From assembly GCA_019429275.1 (NCBI GenBank), contig JAHYJC010000019.1, positions 6,081 to 70,080 on the forward strand: a stretch of 64,000 nucleotides of DNA. Reading direction: 5' to 3'. Source of the DNA: Lentimicrobium sp. GTDB taxonomy: Bacteria; Bacteroidota; Bacteroidia; Bacteroidales; Lentimicrobiaceae. Of the stretch, positions 20,049 to 30,213 are shown piece by piece. The notes beneath the pieces are model-generated. The model was given only the letters and a program-made list of their open reading frames with translations, was not told where the DNA came from and ran no database searches. Position 1 is the stretch's first letter; each line of letters begins with the position of its first letter. A program made the translations under genes and the position numbers.

Positions 20049-21398
20049 TTATTTCTTATTGAAAAGGGCTTCTTTATCAACTACCTTTACTTTGTCGCCG
20101 TTTTTAAGTGTTTTGGATACAGCACGATAAGGACCACTTATAACTTCGTCTCCTTCGGCAAGGCCTTCGGTAATCTGAATGTAAGTATTATCCTGAATGC
20201 CGGTTTTTACTTCGGCTAAGCTGCAAATACCACCATTAATAACAAAAACATACTCTTTAGCTGGTTCCGAAAACTTGAAAGTATTCTGTGCATCTTCACC
20301 TGATTTTTGAACTTGAGTATTACTTTTTTGGGTAGTATCCTGCCGGGTAGTAACTGACTGAATGGGCACTGTAATTACATCTAAAGCTGTTTCAGTTTGA
20401 ATGTCAACAGTTGCCGACATGCCAGGCCTGAAAGGTGAAACAGTCTGCTTGCCTTTCACTTTTAAATCGCTGTATGATTCGGGCAACATTCTGATTTTTA
20501 CATCAAAATTGGTAACTTGATCTGCACTTAAACCGGAAACATTTGCCGATGTAGCAATTTGAGTAATCACTCCCTTGAATTTTTTGTTCAGATAAGAATC
20601 TACCTCAACAAGCGCTGTGTCATTCAAAGCGATACGAACAATATCATTTTCATTCACACTTACAATAACCTCCATCGCTTCAAGATTGGCGATTCGCAGA
20701 ATTTCGGTACCCGAAGAAAACTGAGATGCTCCGGCTACACGTTCTCCTTTTTCAACATTCAGCTTACTGATGGTACCTGAAACAGGCGCGTAAATTGAGG
20801 TTTTGTAGAGATTCTCTCCAGCTTCCTTTACTGAAGCTTCTGCACTTTTGACTGAATATTCAGCAGCTTTTACACTTTGCTCGGCAGCGGTTACCTCTGC
20901 TTTTGCAACTTCATATTGTGAGCGGGCAGCATCAAATTCGGCGGCTGAAATGGCATTTTCTTTAAAAAGCCTGTCATTTCTGTCGAAACTGGCTTTTGCA
21001 TTGATGTACTGAGCCTGAACCTGAGCCACTCTGGCTCTTGAATTGGCAAGATTTGCCTTTTGCGAATTTAATCCGGCAAGCATACGGTCGTAATTAGAGG
21101 CATAAATTTTTGGGTCAATTTTGGCCATCAGGTCACCTGCCTTAACTTCATCTCCTTCCTTTACATACAATTCCACAACCTCTCCGCTTACGTCAGGCGA
21201 AATCTTGACTTCAATTTCGGGCTGGATTTTACCGTTGGCCGATACCGTTTCAATTATTGACCGTAGAGCCACTTTTTCAGTAGTGACTTTAATGGCATCA
21301 TCCTCCCCTATCAAACCCTTTTTACGGGCTACTGCCAAAGCGACAATGGCAATCACCAGTACCGCAATTCCAATCTGTATTAGTCTCTTTTTGCTCAT
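20049..21398 (-). CDS. RND/MacA-type periplasmic adaptor (membrane fusion protein)
   Basis: N-terminal TM; ISPDVSGEVVELYVKEGD, coiled-coil hairpin, IYAPVSGTISKLNVEKGE, FRPGMSATVDI. Confidence 0.93.
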   Translation of the reverse strand: MSKKRLIQIGIAVLVIAIVALAVARKKGLIGEDDAIKVTTEKVALRSIIETVSANGKIQPEIEVKISPDVSGEVVELYVKEGDEVKAGDLMAKIDPKIYASNYDRMLAGLNSQKANLANSRARVAQVQAQYINAKASFDRNDRLFKENAISAAEFDAARSQYEVAKAEVTAAEQSVKAAEYSVKSAEASVKEAGENLYKTSIYAPVSGTISKLNVEKGERVAGASQFSSGTEILRIANLEAMEVIVSVNENDIVRIALNDTALVEVDSYLNKKFKGVITQIATSANVSGLSADQVTNFDVKIRMLPESYSDLKVKGKQTVSPFRPGMSATVDIQTETALDVITVPIQSVTTRQDTTQKSNTQVQKSGEDAQNTFKFSEPAKEYVFVINGGICSLAEVKTGIQDNTYIQITEGLAEGDEVISGPYRAVSKTLKNGDKVKVVDKEALFNKK

Positions 21399-21590
21399 CT
21401 TGAGTTAATTCTAAAAACGTTTAAAAATAGGAAGAATCTGTTGATCCTGACCACAATTTCGTTGATTTATTTATCTGCTCCGGGATAAAACTTCCAAAAA
21501 GTTGCATTATGTTGCCTCAACCCAAACATTATTCCGTCTTATCAATTACATGTTAATCTAAAAATAAGTCCAACACGAACTCAATAAATC

Positions 21591-21623
21591 AAAAAAACCG
21601 GCGTTATTCAGGCCGGATTTTTT
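21591..21623 (-). terminator. rho-independent terminator downstream of the TolC gene
   Basis: Minus strand reads AAAAAATCCGGC-N9-GCCGGTTTTTTT. Confidence 0.65.
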
Positions 21624-21642
21624 CTGATTATTCCCAATCATA

Positions 21643-23076
21643 TTAATTATTCAATGAGAGGGGTTTGCCTATGTAAAAATCGAGCACTGTAGTCTTGAAT
21701 ATGTAATCAAACTTACTTTGCAGTACCTCCGATTCAGCATTGGTCATATCTTTCTTAGCATTGTTGTAGTCAACCGAGTTCATAACGCCAACATTGAATT
21801 TTTGTTCTGCATAACGGAATGCCTCACGGGTGGCATCCTGTTTCTTCGTGGATGCACCATAATTCTTATATGATGCTCTTGCATCAGACCATGCCTGCTG
21901 AATGGTTTTCCTGAGCATCATTTGCTGAAGTTCAAGATCGAGACGTGAGCTTTCAACCGAAAGTCTGGCCTTTTTTACCATTGTCCGTGTTTGCCAACCA
22001 TTCAGAATGGGAATGGTGAGGTAAAGTCCGATGGTTTGATTGTTATTATCCTTTATCTGATCGCTCCATGCCTTGGTTTTGTAAGTATAATTATAGGCAT
22101 AAGTATACACTTCGTAGTTTTCACCTGCCGGATTCAATGCATATCCGATTATAGGGTTTATGGGTGTTTGCTGATCAATGATCTGACTTGCGCCCGAATA
22201 ACCAGTGCCCCAGCTTCCACTCAGGGCCAATGAAGGATAATAAGTTCCTTTGGCTCTGGCCAATTGTCTTTCGCTGCTTTGCAAACGAAATTCAGCAGCT
22301 TTAATTTCAGGCATATGTTCTCTGGCGTAAGTATAAACCTGGTCGGGAGAGCCGGTAATTTCAGGTTCATTTTCAACCGAAAGGGCTGGTACAACAATAT
22401 CAAAGCCATCTGTTGAAGGAAGATCAAGCAACTGACTTAATGTGAGGAGTGAAATTTCGAGGTCATTTTCAGCACTTACAAGAGCCGACTCTTCACCAGC
22501 AAGTTGAGCTTCAATGGTAAAAAGATCGCCGGCAGCTATACTTCCGGCATCAACCATTTTTTGCATGCGTTGCTTCTGCTGCCGGGTAATATCAAGCTGG
22601 TTGCCCCTGATCTGCACCAGTTCTTTATAAAAAAGCACCTGTAAATAAAACGTGGCAATGTTTATCGACATATCGTTCATATACTTGTCGGCATCCTGCT
22701 CACTGGCCAAAAGGTTTAATTGATTTTGTTTAATCAGATTAAGTTTCTGAAACCCATTAAACAAGGTTACTCCGCTCTGAAGGTAAAAGTTGTTGCTTTG
22801 AACCTTGCTTGTTGCAAACTGATTGGTGTATCTGTCAATAGTTTGTCCATAATTGTAAGCATGTGAAGCGTTCCCCGTAATTCCGGGGAGCAGGTCAACT
22901 TTTGATTGCAGCAAATCGGCTTTGACGCTTTCAACCAGCAACAGCTGTTGTTTTAGCTGCAAATTATTGGTAAGGGCATGGTTGATGCATTGCTCAAGTG
23001 TCCAAACCTGCTGGGCCTGAGTAAATGACGCCAGAAATCCGGCAAAAATCAATACTATTAAAGTTTTTCTCTTCAT
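21643..23076 (-). CDS. TolC family outer-membrane efflux protein
   Basis: Signal peptide; WTLEQCINHALTNN, two OEP repeats, C-terminal YIFKTTVLDFYIG. Confidence 0.94.
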   Translation of the reverse strand: MKRKTLIVLIFAGFLASFTQAQQVWTLEQCINHALTNNLQLKQQLLLVESVKADLLQSKVDLLPGITGNASHAYNYGQTIDRYTNQFATSKVQSNNFYLQSGVTLFNGFQKLNLIKQNQLNLLASEQDADKYMNDMSINIATFYLQVLFYKELVQIRGNQLDITRQQKQRMQKMVDAGSIAAGDLFTIEAQLAGEESALVSAENDLEISLLTLSQLLDLPSTDGFDIVVPALSVENEPEITGSPDQVYTYAREHMPEIKAAEFRLQSSERQLARAKGTYYPSLALSGSWGTGYSGASQIIDQQTPINPIIGYALNPAGENYEVYTYAYNYTYKTKAWSDQIKDNNNQTIGLYLTIPILNGWQTRTMVKKARLSVESSRLDLELQQMMLRKTIQQAWSDARASYKNYGASTKKQDATREAFRYAEQKFNVGVMNSVDYNNAKKDMTNAESEVLQSKFDYIFKTTVLDFYIGKPLSLNN

Positions 23077-23353
23077 CTCAATAATAATTTCTCCGGGAAT
23101 AAGTACTTTTTCTTGTCAGAATTTATAAATAGTGACTTAATATAAAAGACCATGCCACAATTTTAAATCTCTGATTATTAATTAATAATGAACAATTTCT
23201 ATCAATTTGTTGTCCGATTTCGCTCAGTATCAGTTGCGTTTTTGAACACCTGTTATACCTGAGAATCAGAAAAGTATTTCAGAATTTACAAGCCAAATTA
23301 CAACAAAATGTCCTGAATAGTAACATTGTGCACTAATACAGGAAAACAAGGCT

Positions 23354-23369
23354 CAAATTTATAGCTTTG
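23354..23369. promoter_or_regulatory. back-to-back -7 elements (minus TAAATTTG 23361-23354; plus TAGCTTTG 23362-23369)
   Basis: Two exact TAnnTTTG matches abutting in the divergent tolC / M1 peptidase intergenic region. Confidence 0.45.
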
Positions 23370-23452
23370 ATTGCAGTATTTGGTTTAAATTTACGAAAAT
23401 TTATGCCGGAACTCATATCCGGTTTGTTTGGCTCCGAATATCAGCAACAATT

Positions 23453-25795
23453 ATGAAAAATATTATTTCAGTCATTTTCATTACTTTGACGTTCATACTT
23501 GCATCATGGTTACAGGCGGATGCCCAAAAACAAACAACCGGATTTCTCAGCGACACCATTGATGTGGTTCATTATAATCTACAGCTTGATCTAACAGGAA
23601 TTTCATCGCAATATATTAAAGGAACAGCGGAGATCCGTCTAACTACGCCATTGCAGAATATATCTCACATTCCATTGAATCTGATTCAGTTACAGGTTGA
23701 TTCCGTACTTTCAGAATCGAATAGCCATCTGATTTATTACCACGAAGGAGACTTGCTGAGAATAACTGCACCTTCAACTTTTTCAGAAGGCGATACAGTA
23801 ATCATAAAGGTTTATTATCAGGGAACACCGTTTCATGAGTCATGGGGAGGATTTCACTTCTACAACCCCTGGGCTTTTAATCTGGGTGTAGGTTTTCAAT
23901 CGATACCTCATAATTTGGGTAAATCATGGTTTCCGTGCATCGATGATTTTACCGACCGGGCCTTTTATGATTACCACATCAGGGTGAATACAGGAGATGT
24001 AGCTGTTTGCGGAGGATTGCTTCAATCTGTTTCAACAATGTGCGATGAAACCATTGAATTCTGGTGGAAATCTGACCGCAGCATTCCAACCTATCTTGCC
24101 TCAGTTGCTGCCGGTCCTTATGCCATGATTACCGACACCTACACGGGCCTCGAAGCGGAAATTCCTGTTACCTGGTTTGTAAGGCCCCAGGACACGCTCA
24201 AGGTTGCCGGAAGTTTTCTTAACCTGAATGCCATTACCTCGATTTTCGAAAATTCATTTGGCCCGTATCCTTTTCAGCGGATCGGATTTACCGGAACAAA
24301 TCTCGGAGCCATGGAGCATGCCGAAAATATTGCCTATCCGCATGGAAGCATCAACGGAAACCTTTCAAATGAGTGGCTTTATGCCCACGAACTTTCGCAC
24401 ATGTGGTTTGGCAACATGGTAACCTGCGCAAGCGATGCCGACATGTGGCTGAATGAAGGCTGGGCCCGCTGGTGTGAAACACTCTACAGGGAGCATCTTT
24501 ATGGAATAGTTGCAGCGCGCAATAACATGAGAACCCTAAAAAGAGAAGTCCTGAGATATGCCCATATCAGCGAAGGCGGTTATCTGCCATTATCACCCAT
24601 GCCTCAAAACCTCACCTATGGCACTCATGTTTATGATAAGGGAGGAATGGTAACTCACGGTTTGCGTGGTTACCTGGGCGATAGTCTGTTTTTTGACGGA
24701 ATTAAAGCCTATCTCGAGGCATTTGCATGGAAATCAGCGTCTTCTATTCAAATGCGTAACTTTCTTACTCAATACACCGGAACCGATCTGCAGGGGTTTT
24801 TCGATTTCCATGTATTTGGTCCGGGTTATAACCATGTAGCTATTGATTCATTCAGCACAATGCCTCAGAAAAATGGCTTTGAAGTTGAGGTTTTTGTTAA
24901 ACAGAAACTGAAAGGAGCCGAAATTCCGGCTGTGAATTGCCGTACCGAACTGGCTTTTATGAATTCTTCACGTGAAATTGAAACCCGAACAATAGATTTT
25001 TCAGGATTTACCGGCTCAGAAATTTTTAATTTAGCATCAGAACCTGAACTTATCATGGTCGATCCTTTCGGTAAATTTAACGGAGCAACAACCACCGACA
25101 CCAAAACTTTAAAATCGACCGGAATTTTTGACTTTACAGATACTTATTTCAAAATGGAAGTCACCGAAATTGCAGATTCAGCATTTTTGCATGTAGCCCA
25201 CAATTGGGTGCATCCCGATAGTCTTGCAGTCCCGTTGTATGGACTTACATTAAGCGACTATCGGTACTGGATTATCAATGGCATTTTGCCCTCAGGATTT
25301 AAAGCTACCGGAAGATTCACTTACAACCGGGCAAACTATCTGGATCATACCCTGATTTCAGGCTCAACCGACTCCCTGGTAATACTCTACAGGCCAAATG
25401 CTTCGCACGATTGGCAACCTGTCCCGTTCACAAAAACAGGAGTATGGGTAGCCGGAACAATTTATGTGCCTGATTTACAACCGGGTGAATACACCCTTGC
25501 TGTATGGGATGAAGAGGTTGTTAAGTCAAGGTATAATAAATTACCTTCAGGAGAAATGATGCAGGTCTTTCCAAACCCATGCAAAGATTGGGTAGATGTG
25601 AGTTTTTCGAACCATAGCGGAGGAACAATCTTCATCATGGATACATCCGGCAAAGTTTTAGAAAAAAACCTGGTTTCGCCGGGCCAGAAAAGCGTAGGGT
25701 TTAGCACCAATCATATGGCAGCAGGCAATTATCTGTTACAATTCTCGGCCGATAACGGAGAAAAGAAAATGGCTAAACTTATCATTGCAAAATAA
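23453..25795 (+). CDS. M1 family aminopeptidase with T9SS type A C-terminal sorting domain
   Basis: Signal peptide; GAMEH, HELSH-x18-E (WLNEG), YDKGG; C-terminal VFPNP...GNYLL...KLII. Confidence 0.93.
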   Translation: MKNIISVIFITLTFILASWLQADAQKQTTGFLSDTIDVVHYNLQLDLTGISSQYIKGTAEIRLTTPLQNISHIPLNLIQLQVDSVLSESNSHLIYYHEGDLLRITAPSTFSEGDTVIIKVYYQGTPFHESWGGFHFYNPWAFNLGVGFQSIPHNLGKSWFPCIDDFTDRAFYDYHIRVNTGDVAVCGGLLQSVSTMCDETIEFWWKSDRSIPTYLASVAAGPYAMITDTYTGLEAEIPVTWFVRPQDTLKVAGSFLNLNAITSIFENSFGPYPFQRIGFTGTNLGAMEHAENIAYPHGSINGNLSNEWLYAHELSHMWFGNMVTCASDADMWLNEGWARWCETLYREHLYGIVAARNNMRTLKREVLRYAHISEGGYLPLSPMPQNLTYGTHVYDKGGMVTHGLRGYLGDSLFFDGIKAYLEAFAWKSASSIQMRNFLTQYTGTDLQGFFDFHVFGPGYNHVAIDSFSTMPQKNGFEVEVFVKQKLKGAEIPAVNCRTELAFMNSSREIETRTIDFSGFTGSEIFNLASEPELIMVDPFGKFNGATTTDTKTLKSTGIFDFTDTYFKMEVTEIADSAFLHVAHNWVHPDSLAVPLYGLTLSDYRYWIINGILPSGFKATGRFTYNRANYLDHTLISGSTDSLVILYRPNASHDWQPVPFTKTGVWVAGTIYVPDLQPGEYTLAVWDEEVVKSRYNKLPSGEMMQVFPNPCKDWVDVSFSNHSGGTIFIMDTSGKVLEKNLVSPGQKSVGFSTNHMAAGNYLLQFSADNGEKKMAKLIIAK

Positions 25796-25820
25796 TTTCA
25801 GAAAACAGTTTTGTTTGTAA

Positions 25821-26516
25821 ATGAAAAACCCAGAATCCACATACGTTAAGAGCCTGAGGGATTATTTTGAGGCCCATGCCAATCCCGCCATGGCTCCGAT
25901 GATGGAAAAATATATGAAGAATCATTTCAGGTTTCTGGGTATAAAATCACCTGAACGCAAAGCAATACTCAGAAATTTTATTTCAGAAAAAGGTTATCCT
26001 GAAACAGAACAGACAGAAGCTGTAATTTGCAATTTATGGAAATTCCCTGAACGGGAATTTCAGTATTTGGGCATGGAACTGGCCTCAAAAAAGGCTTTTC
26101 TCAAAAATCCCGAAAGGAATGAACTGATTGAATGGATGATAATACATAAATCATGGTGGGACACGGTCGATTTCATTGCCGGCAATCTGGCCGGAGTTTG
26201 GTTTCAGCACCATCCTGAAAAAATACCGGCTATTACAGAAAAATGGATGTCATCCGGAAACCTGTGGCTGCAGCGCAGCTGCTTGCTGTTTCAACTGAAA
26301 TACCGCTCTGCTACTAATACTGACTTACTAACAGGATTTATATTGCAGTTGAAGGATGAGAAGGATTTTTTTATCCGAAAAGCCATAGGCTGGGCATTGC
26401 GCGAACTTTCCAAAACCAGTCCGAAAGAGGTAGAAATGATTTTAAAATCGATACCACTTTCGAATTTAAGCCGGACAGAAGCCTTGAAATATATTCAAAT
26501 TAATTCGGAAAAATGA
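25821..26516 (+). CDS. alkD: DNA alkylation repair protein (AlkD-like)
   Basis: FRFLGIKSPERK, REFQY, SWWDTVD, NLWLQR, FFIRKAIGWALRE. Confidence 0.9.
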   Translation: MKNPESTYVKSLRDYFEAHANPAMAPMMEKYMKNHFRFLGIKSPERKAILRNFISEKGYPETEQTEAVICNLWKFPEREFQYLGMELASKKAFLKNPERNELIEWMIIHKSWWDTVDFIAGNLAGVWFQHHPEKIPAITEKWMSSGNLWLQRSCLLFQLKYRSATNTDLLTGFILQLKDEKDFFIRKAIGWALRELSKTSPKEVEMILKSIPLSNLSRTEALKYIQINSEK

Positions 26517-27061
26517 GCGGAATCCAAACAACCACCTGGTGGTTAGAGATGAAAAATCAACCAGCTGTTAAAGCTGAACAGACATTTGCAGAGAATTGCA
26601 TGTTGATGCAGATGACCGAACCTGTAAAATCATTTTATCTTTTTCTTTATACTTCTGTTGGAAGGCCATATCAATGGTACAACCGTTTAATGATGAGCCC
26701 ACAGGAACTGCATGAATTACTGAACAGCAAAGGCACATCTATTTGGATTCTCTATATCAAAGGAGTTCCTGCCGGATTTGTTGAATTCAATATCAGCGAA
26801 AGCAATGAAACTGAAATTGTTTATTTTGGACTTACCTGTGATTTTACCGGACGAGGGCTTGGCTTGCCTTTTCTAAAGTGGTGCATATCAAAAGCCTGGG
26901 AAAGGCCGATTGATAGGCTTTGGCTCCACACCTGCGACCTCGATCATAAAGCTGCACTGGGAATATATAAAAAAGCCGGGTTCACTGTTTATGATAAAGA
27001 CACAGTTTACCAGGAGAAACCCGACCCCGAAGATGACCCATATCTTTTATTGCCGTGGTAG
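26513..27061 (+). CDS. GNAT family N-acetyltransferase
   Basis: YFGLTCDFTGRGLG, RLWLHTCDLDHKAALGIYKKAGF; ATGA overlap with the upstream gene. Confidence 0.88.
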   Translation: MSGIQTTTWWLEMKNQPAVKAEQTFAENCMLMQMTEPVKSFYLFLYTSVGRPYQWYNRLMMSPQELHELLNSKGTSIWILYIKGVPAGFVEFNISESNETEIVYFGLTCDFTGRGLGLPFLKWCISKAWERPIDRLWLHTCDLDHKAALGIYKKAGFTVYDKDTVYQEKPDPEDDPYLLLPW

Positions 27062-27120
27062 AATTGTTGATTAATTTTTAAACCTTCAAACAAACACCGG
27101 AAGATAAGCCTATAAATTTT

Positions 27121-27732
27121 ATGGAAGAAAAACTCGCCAAAATTATATCTTACATTTTTCATCCTTTGCTGATGCCAACCTATGCGTTTCTGATACTATT
27201 CAATCAGAGTGCTTATTTTGTGATGATTCTTCCCGAAAAGCTGCGTTGGGCTATACTTGCTATGATTATAGGCAACACATTCATTCTGCCGGTTATAATC
27301 ATATGGTTTATGCTTAAAAGAGGTTTGATAAGCAGCCTGCAGATTCCGGAGAGAAGTGAAAGAACATTCCCCTTTATAATTGCGGCCATTTCATACTTTG
27401 CCACCTATTTTATGATAAGCAACCTGGGAATACCTGCCATTTATCAGATATTTGTGCTGGGCGGGGCTATACTTATTGCTGCAGCATCACTGATTAACCT
27501 TTTTTGGAAAATAAGTGCTCACATGCTTGGAATCGGTGGCATTTTGGGTGGATTTCTTGGGCTGATGCTGATGCGAACCATTTATTCGCCCATGCTGATT
27601 GTCGCATTGGTGATTATTGCATCACTCATTGCATTTGCACGGCTTAAACTAAACACCCACAACGAAGCCCAGGTTTACACAGGCTTTATTGCGGGTGTGT
27701 TTATTATGCTGGGGATCATTTTCCTGCTTTAA
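27121..27732 (+). CDS. PAP2-like integral membrane protein
   Basis: About 6 TM helices; ISYIFHPL, ERTFP, WKISAH, ARLKLNTH motifs of a conserved Bacteroidota family. Confidence 0.75.
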   Translation: MEEKLAKIISYIFHPLLMPTYAFLILFNQSAYFVMILPEKLRWAILAMIIGNTFILPVIIIWFMLKRGLISSLQIPERSERTFPFIIAAISYFATYFMISNLGIPAIYQIFVLGGAILIAAASLINLFWKISAHMLGIGGILGGFLGLMLMRTIYSPMLIVALVIIASLIAFARLKLNTHNEAQVYTGFIAGVFIMLGIIFLL

Positions 27733-27740
27733 CTGCAGAA

Positions 27741-28427
27741 TCAAAAAGGACGAAGAGAAAGTCCCAGCGAGATTGGATAGATGCCAGGGCCAAAATTTTC
27801 TTCAAATACTTTTGACACCGAATAGAACCCTGTGAGGTTAACCCATTTATATCCTATTTGCATAGTTGGCCCGAATCTCCAGGTCTGAAAATTGGGCAAC
27901 TGACTTACTTTGATTTTGGTTTTTGAACCATCTTCAAGATCATCGCCTTTATATTTGGTATGTGCGTTGATGAGATAACCAACCTTAAATCCAAGGGCAA
28001 CCCGGAAGCCCGATTCTGTTTTAAATCTGAGTTCGGCCGGTACATCAACATAAGTCAGGCTGATTTTACTTTTTTTATAATCCAGATCCTCTCCTCCGGT
28101 TGTTTTGGTTGGAATTTTACTCAGAAAAGAAACTCCTGAAGTATCCTTCAATATACTGTTGCTGAACATATTATGCATACCAAGGCCAAGTCCTGCCGCA
28201 AATGCGAAGCTACTTTCGCCTATTGGGAAATTGTGCATCGCGTAAATATTGACTCCGGGATTGAAACCCCTGAATTTAATTCCATCGGGAGCATCCATCA
28301 CCAGATCGTTGAAAATATCGATGCCTGTGGCAATTTTATCTTTGAAGAGAGTACCCGAACTACGCTGGGCTGAAACCATCACGCTCAGTACCATCATGCA
28401 AATAACACTCAGAAGGATCTTTTTCAT
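27741..28427 (-). CDS. outer-membrane beta-barrel (porin family) protein
   Basis: Signal peptide, alternating beta-strands, YVDVPAELRF, terminal Phe. Confidence 0.82.
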   Translation of the reverse strand: MKKILLSVICMMVLSVMVSAQRSSGTLFKDKIATGIDIFNDLVMDAPDGIKFRGFNPGVNIYAMHNFPIGESSFAFAAGLGLGMHNMFSNSILKDTSGVSFLSKIPTKTTGGEDLDYKKSKISLTYVDVPAELRFKTESGFRVALGFKVGYLINAHTKYKGDDLEDGSKTKIKVSQLPNFQTWRFGPTMQIGYKWVNLTGFYSVSKVFEENFGPGIYPISLGLSLRPF

Positions 28428-28571
28428 TGGCTTAAATAATTGTTAAATGAATATCGAAAGTGATTACTCAGGCGCATTGAAAACAGCCTGTAATACTGAT
28501 ATTTATGAAATTCATCAATCGTAATGCAGTCGATTCAGGACAATCATCATGAATATTTGAAAACAATACGA

Positions 28572-28579
28572 CAAAGATA
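28572..28579 (-). promoter_or_regulatory. -7 promoter element (TATCTTTG) of the beta-barrel gene
   Basis: TAnnTTTG match between the pgi stop and the barrel start. Confidence 0.45.
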
Positions 28580-28646
28580 ATAAAAATCGCGAATGGCAAT
28601 CCATTGACCGGAGACCATCGCGGAATGACTTACAAATCAGGCAGAA

Positions 28647-29999
28647 TTATTCAAGAAGCTTAAGGAGCTTTTCGGTCTGTTGCTCGAAACCGGGCTTACC
28701 AAGCAGGGCAAACATATTTTTCTTATAGGCTTCAACACCAGGTTGATCGAATGGATTTACTTCGAGCAGATAACCCGAAAGGGCGCAGGCAAATTCGTAG
28801 AAATAGAGCAATTCTCCCAGATTATTTTCATTCACCTCAGGAATGCTGATTATTATATTGGGCACTTGTCCGTCGACATGAGCGAGGAGAGTTCCCAGTT
28901 CGGCCTTTTGATTTACTTCAAAAATGCGTTTTCCGGCAACAAAGTTCAACCCATCAGAATCATCGGTTTCAGAAGGAACCGAGAGTTCGCGTCGTGGCTT
29001 TTCAACCCTTAAAACCGTTTCAAAAATCACCCTCAGGCCTTCCTGAATATATTGTCCCATGGAATGTAAATCGGTGGTAAAGCTGACACCGGCAGGAAAA
29101 ATTCCCCGGTTAAGCTTTCCTTCACTCTCTCCGTACAATTGTTTCCACCATTCAGTAATATAAACAAGCGAAGGCTGATAATTAACCATAATTTCAATGG
29201 GTTTCCCTGATGTATAAAGAGCATTGCGGGCTGCAGCATACATAAAGGCAGGATTTTCGTCAATTGTTTTTGCAGTTGTAACCAATTGCTTCATGGCTTT
29301 TGCACCTTCAATAAATTTCCTGATATCAAATCCGGCAACAGCCACGGGCAGCAATCCAACAGGGGTGAGCACTGAGTAACGGCCTCCTACATCGTCGGGA
29401 ACTACATAGGTTTTATACCCCTCATTGTGAGCAAGACCTTTTAGGGCTCCTTTGGATTTGTCGGTAATGGCAATAATTCTTTTGCGGGCTTCATCTTTTC
29501 CGTATTTCTTTTCCAGATGGCGTCGCAGAATTCTGAATGCTATGGCGGGTTCGGTCGTGGTTCCCGATTTTGAAACTACAGTAAGGACATAGTCATATTT
29601 ATCGAGAATATCCAGTAAATCGGACAGATAATCTTCCGAAATATTGTTGCCTGCATACACCACAAAGGGCGACTTTCGCTCATTTTTATTCAGAAGTCCT
29701 GAAAAATTATGTTGCAAAGCTTCAATAACTGCGCGCGCTCCCAGGTATGAGCCACCAATGCCAATCACCACAAAAATATCGGCCTTATTACGAATATTGA
29801 TTGCATCTTGTTCAATTGAGGAAAGCATACTTTCGTCGATTTCGTCGGGCAGGGCAATCCAGCCCAGAAAATCGTTACCTAAACCTGTTTTGTTCAGCAG
29901 AGTCCCCTGATGCAGAATCAACTGTGCTTCAAATTCATTGATTGTTTCTTTTGAAACGAATCCTTCGAGCTTGTCGATATTGATTTTAAGATTTGTCAT
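28647..29999 (-). CDS. pgi: glucose-6-phosphate isomerase
   Basis: GIGGSYLG, SKSGTTTEP, VGGRYSVLT, QLYGESEGK, NPFDQPGVEAYK. Confidence 0.97.
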   Translation of the reverse strand: MTNLKINIDKLEGFVSKETINEFEAQLILHQGTLLNKTGLGNDFLGWIALPDEIDESMLSSIEQDAINIRNKADIFVVIGIGGSYLGARAVIEALQHNFSGLLNKNERKSPFVVYAGNNISEDYLSDLLDILDKYDYVLTVVSKSGTTTEPAIAFRILRRHLEKKYGKDEARKRIIAITDKSKGALKGLAHNEGYKTYVVPDDVGGRYSVLTPVGLLPVAVAGFDIRKFIEGAKAMKQLVTTAKTIDENPAFMYAAARNALYTSGKPIEIMVNYQPSLVYITEWWKQLYGESEGKLNRGIFPAGVSFTTDLHSMGQYIQEGLRVIFETVLRVEKPRRELSVPSETDDSDGLNFVAGKRIFEVNQKAELGTLLAHVDGQVPNIIISIPEVNENNLGELLYFYEFACALSGYLLEVNPFDQPGVEAYKKNMFALLGKPGFEQQTEKLLKLLE

Positions 30000-30032
30000 A
30001 ACAGGCTTAACTTTGTTTTAGGCTTAACGCTG

Positions 30033-30040
30033 CAAAGATA
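30033..30040 (-). promoter_or_regulatory. -7 promoter element (TATCTTTG) of pgi
   Basis: TAnnTTTG match 33 bp upstream of the pgi ATG. Confidence 0.55.
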
Positions 30041-30086
30041 AATTACGTATCTCAAATGAATGGCACTTAAAGCAATTTATAAAATT

Positions 30087-30121
30087 AAAAAATGCAGCCT
30101 TGTGGGAAGACTGCATTTTTT
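30087..30121 (-). terminator. rho-independent terminator ending an ORF-less transcript upstream of pgi
   Basis: Minus RNA: UGCAGUCUU-CCCAC-AAGGCUGCA-UUUUUU, a 9-bp stem whose G-U pair forms only on this strand. Confidence 0.75.
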
Positions 30122-30213
30122 GCTGCAACACATTAATTAATCAATTATTACATACAACACACACCAAACAAAAACACAAAATATATTAAGTTCTTATCGC
30201 TGTTTTATTTGCT
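30087..30213 (-). ncRNA. candidate small RNA of about 125 nt (5' end estimated)
   Basis: TAATTTTG -7 box at 30225-30218, terminator at 30121-30087, no ATG-started ORF between them; G/U-rich core. Confidence 0.4.
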
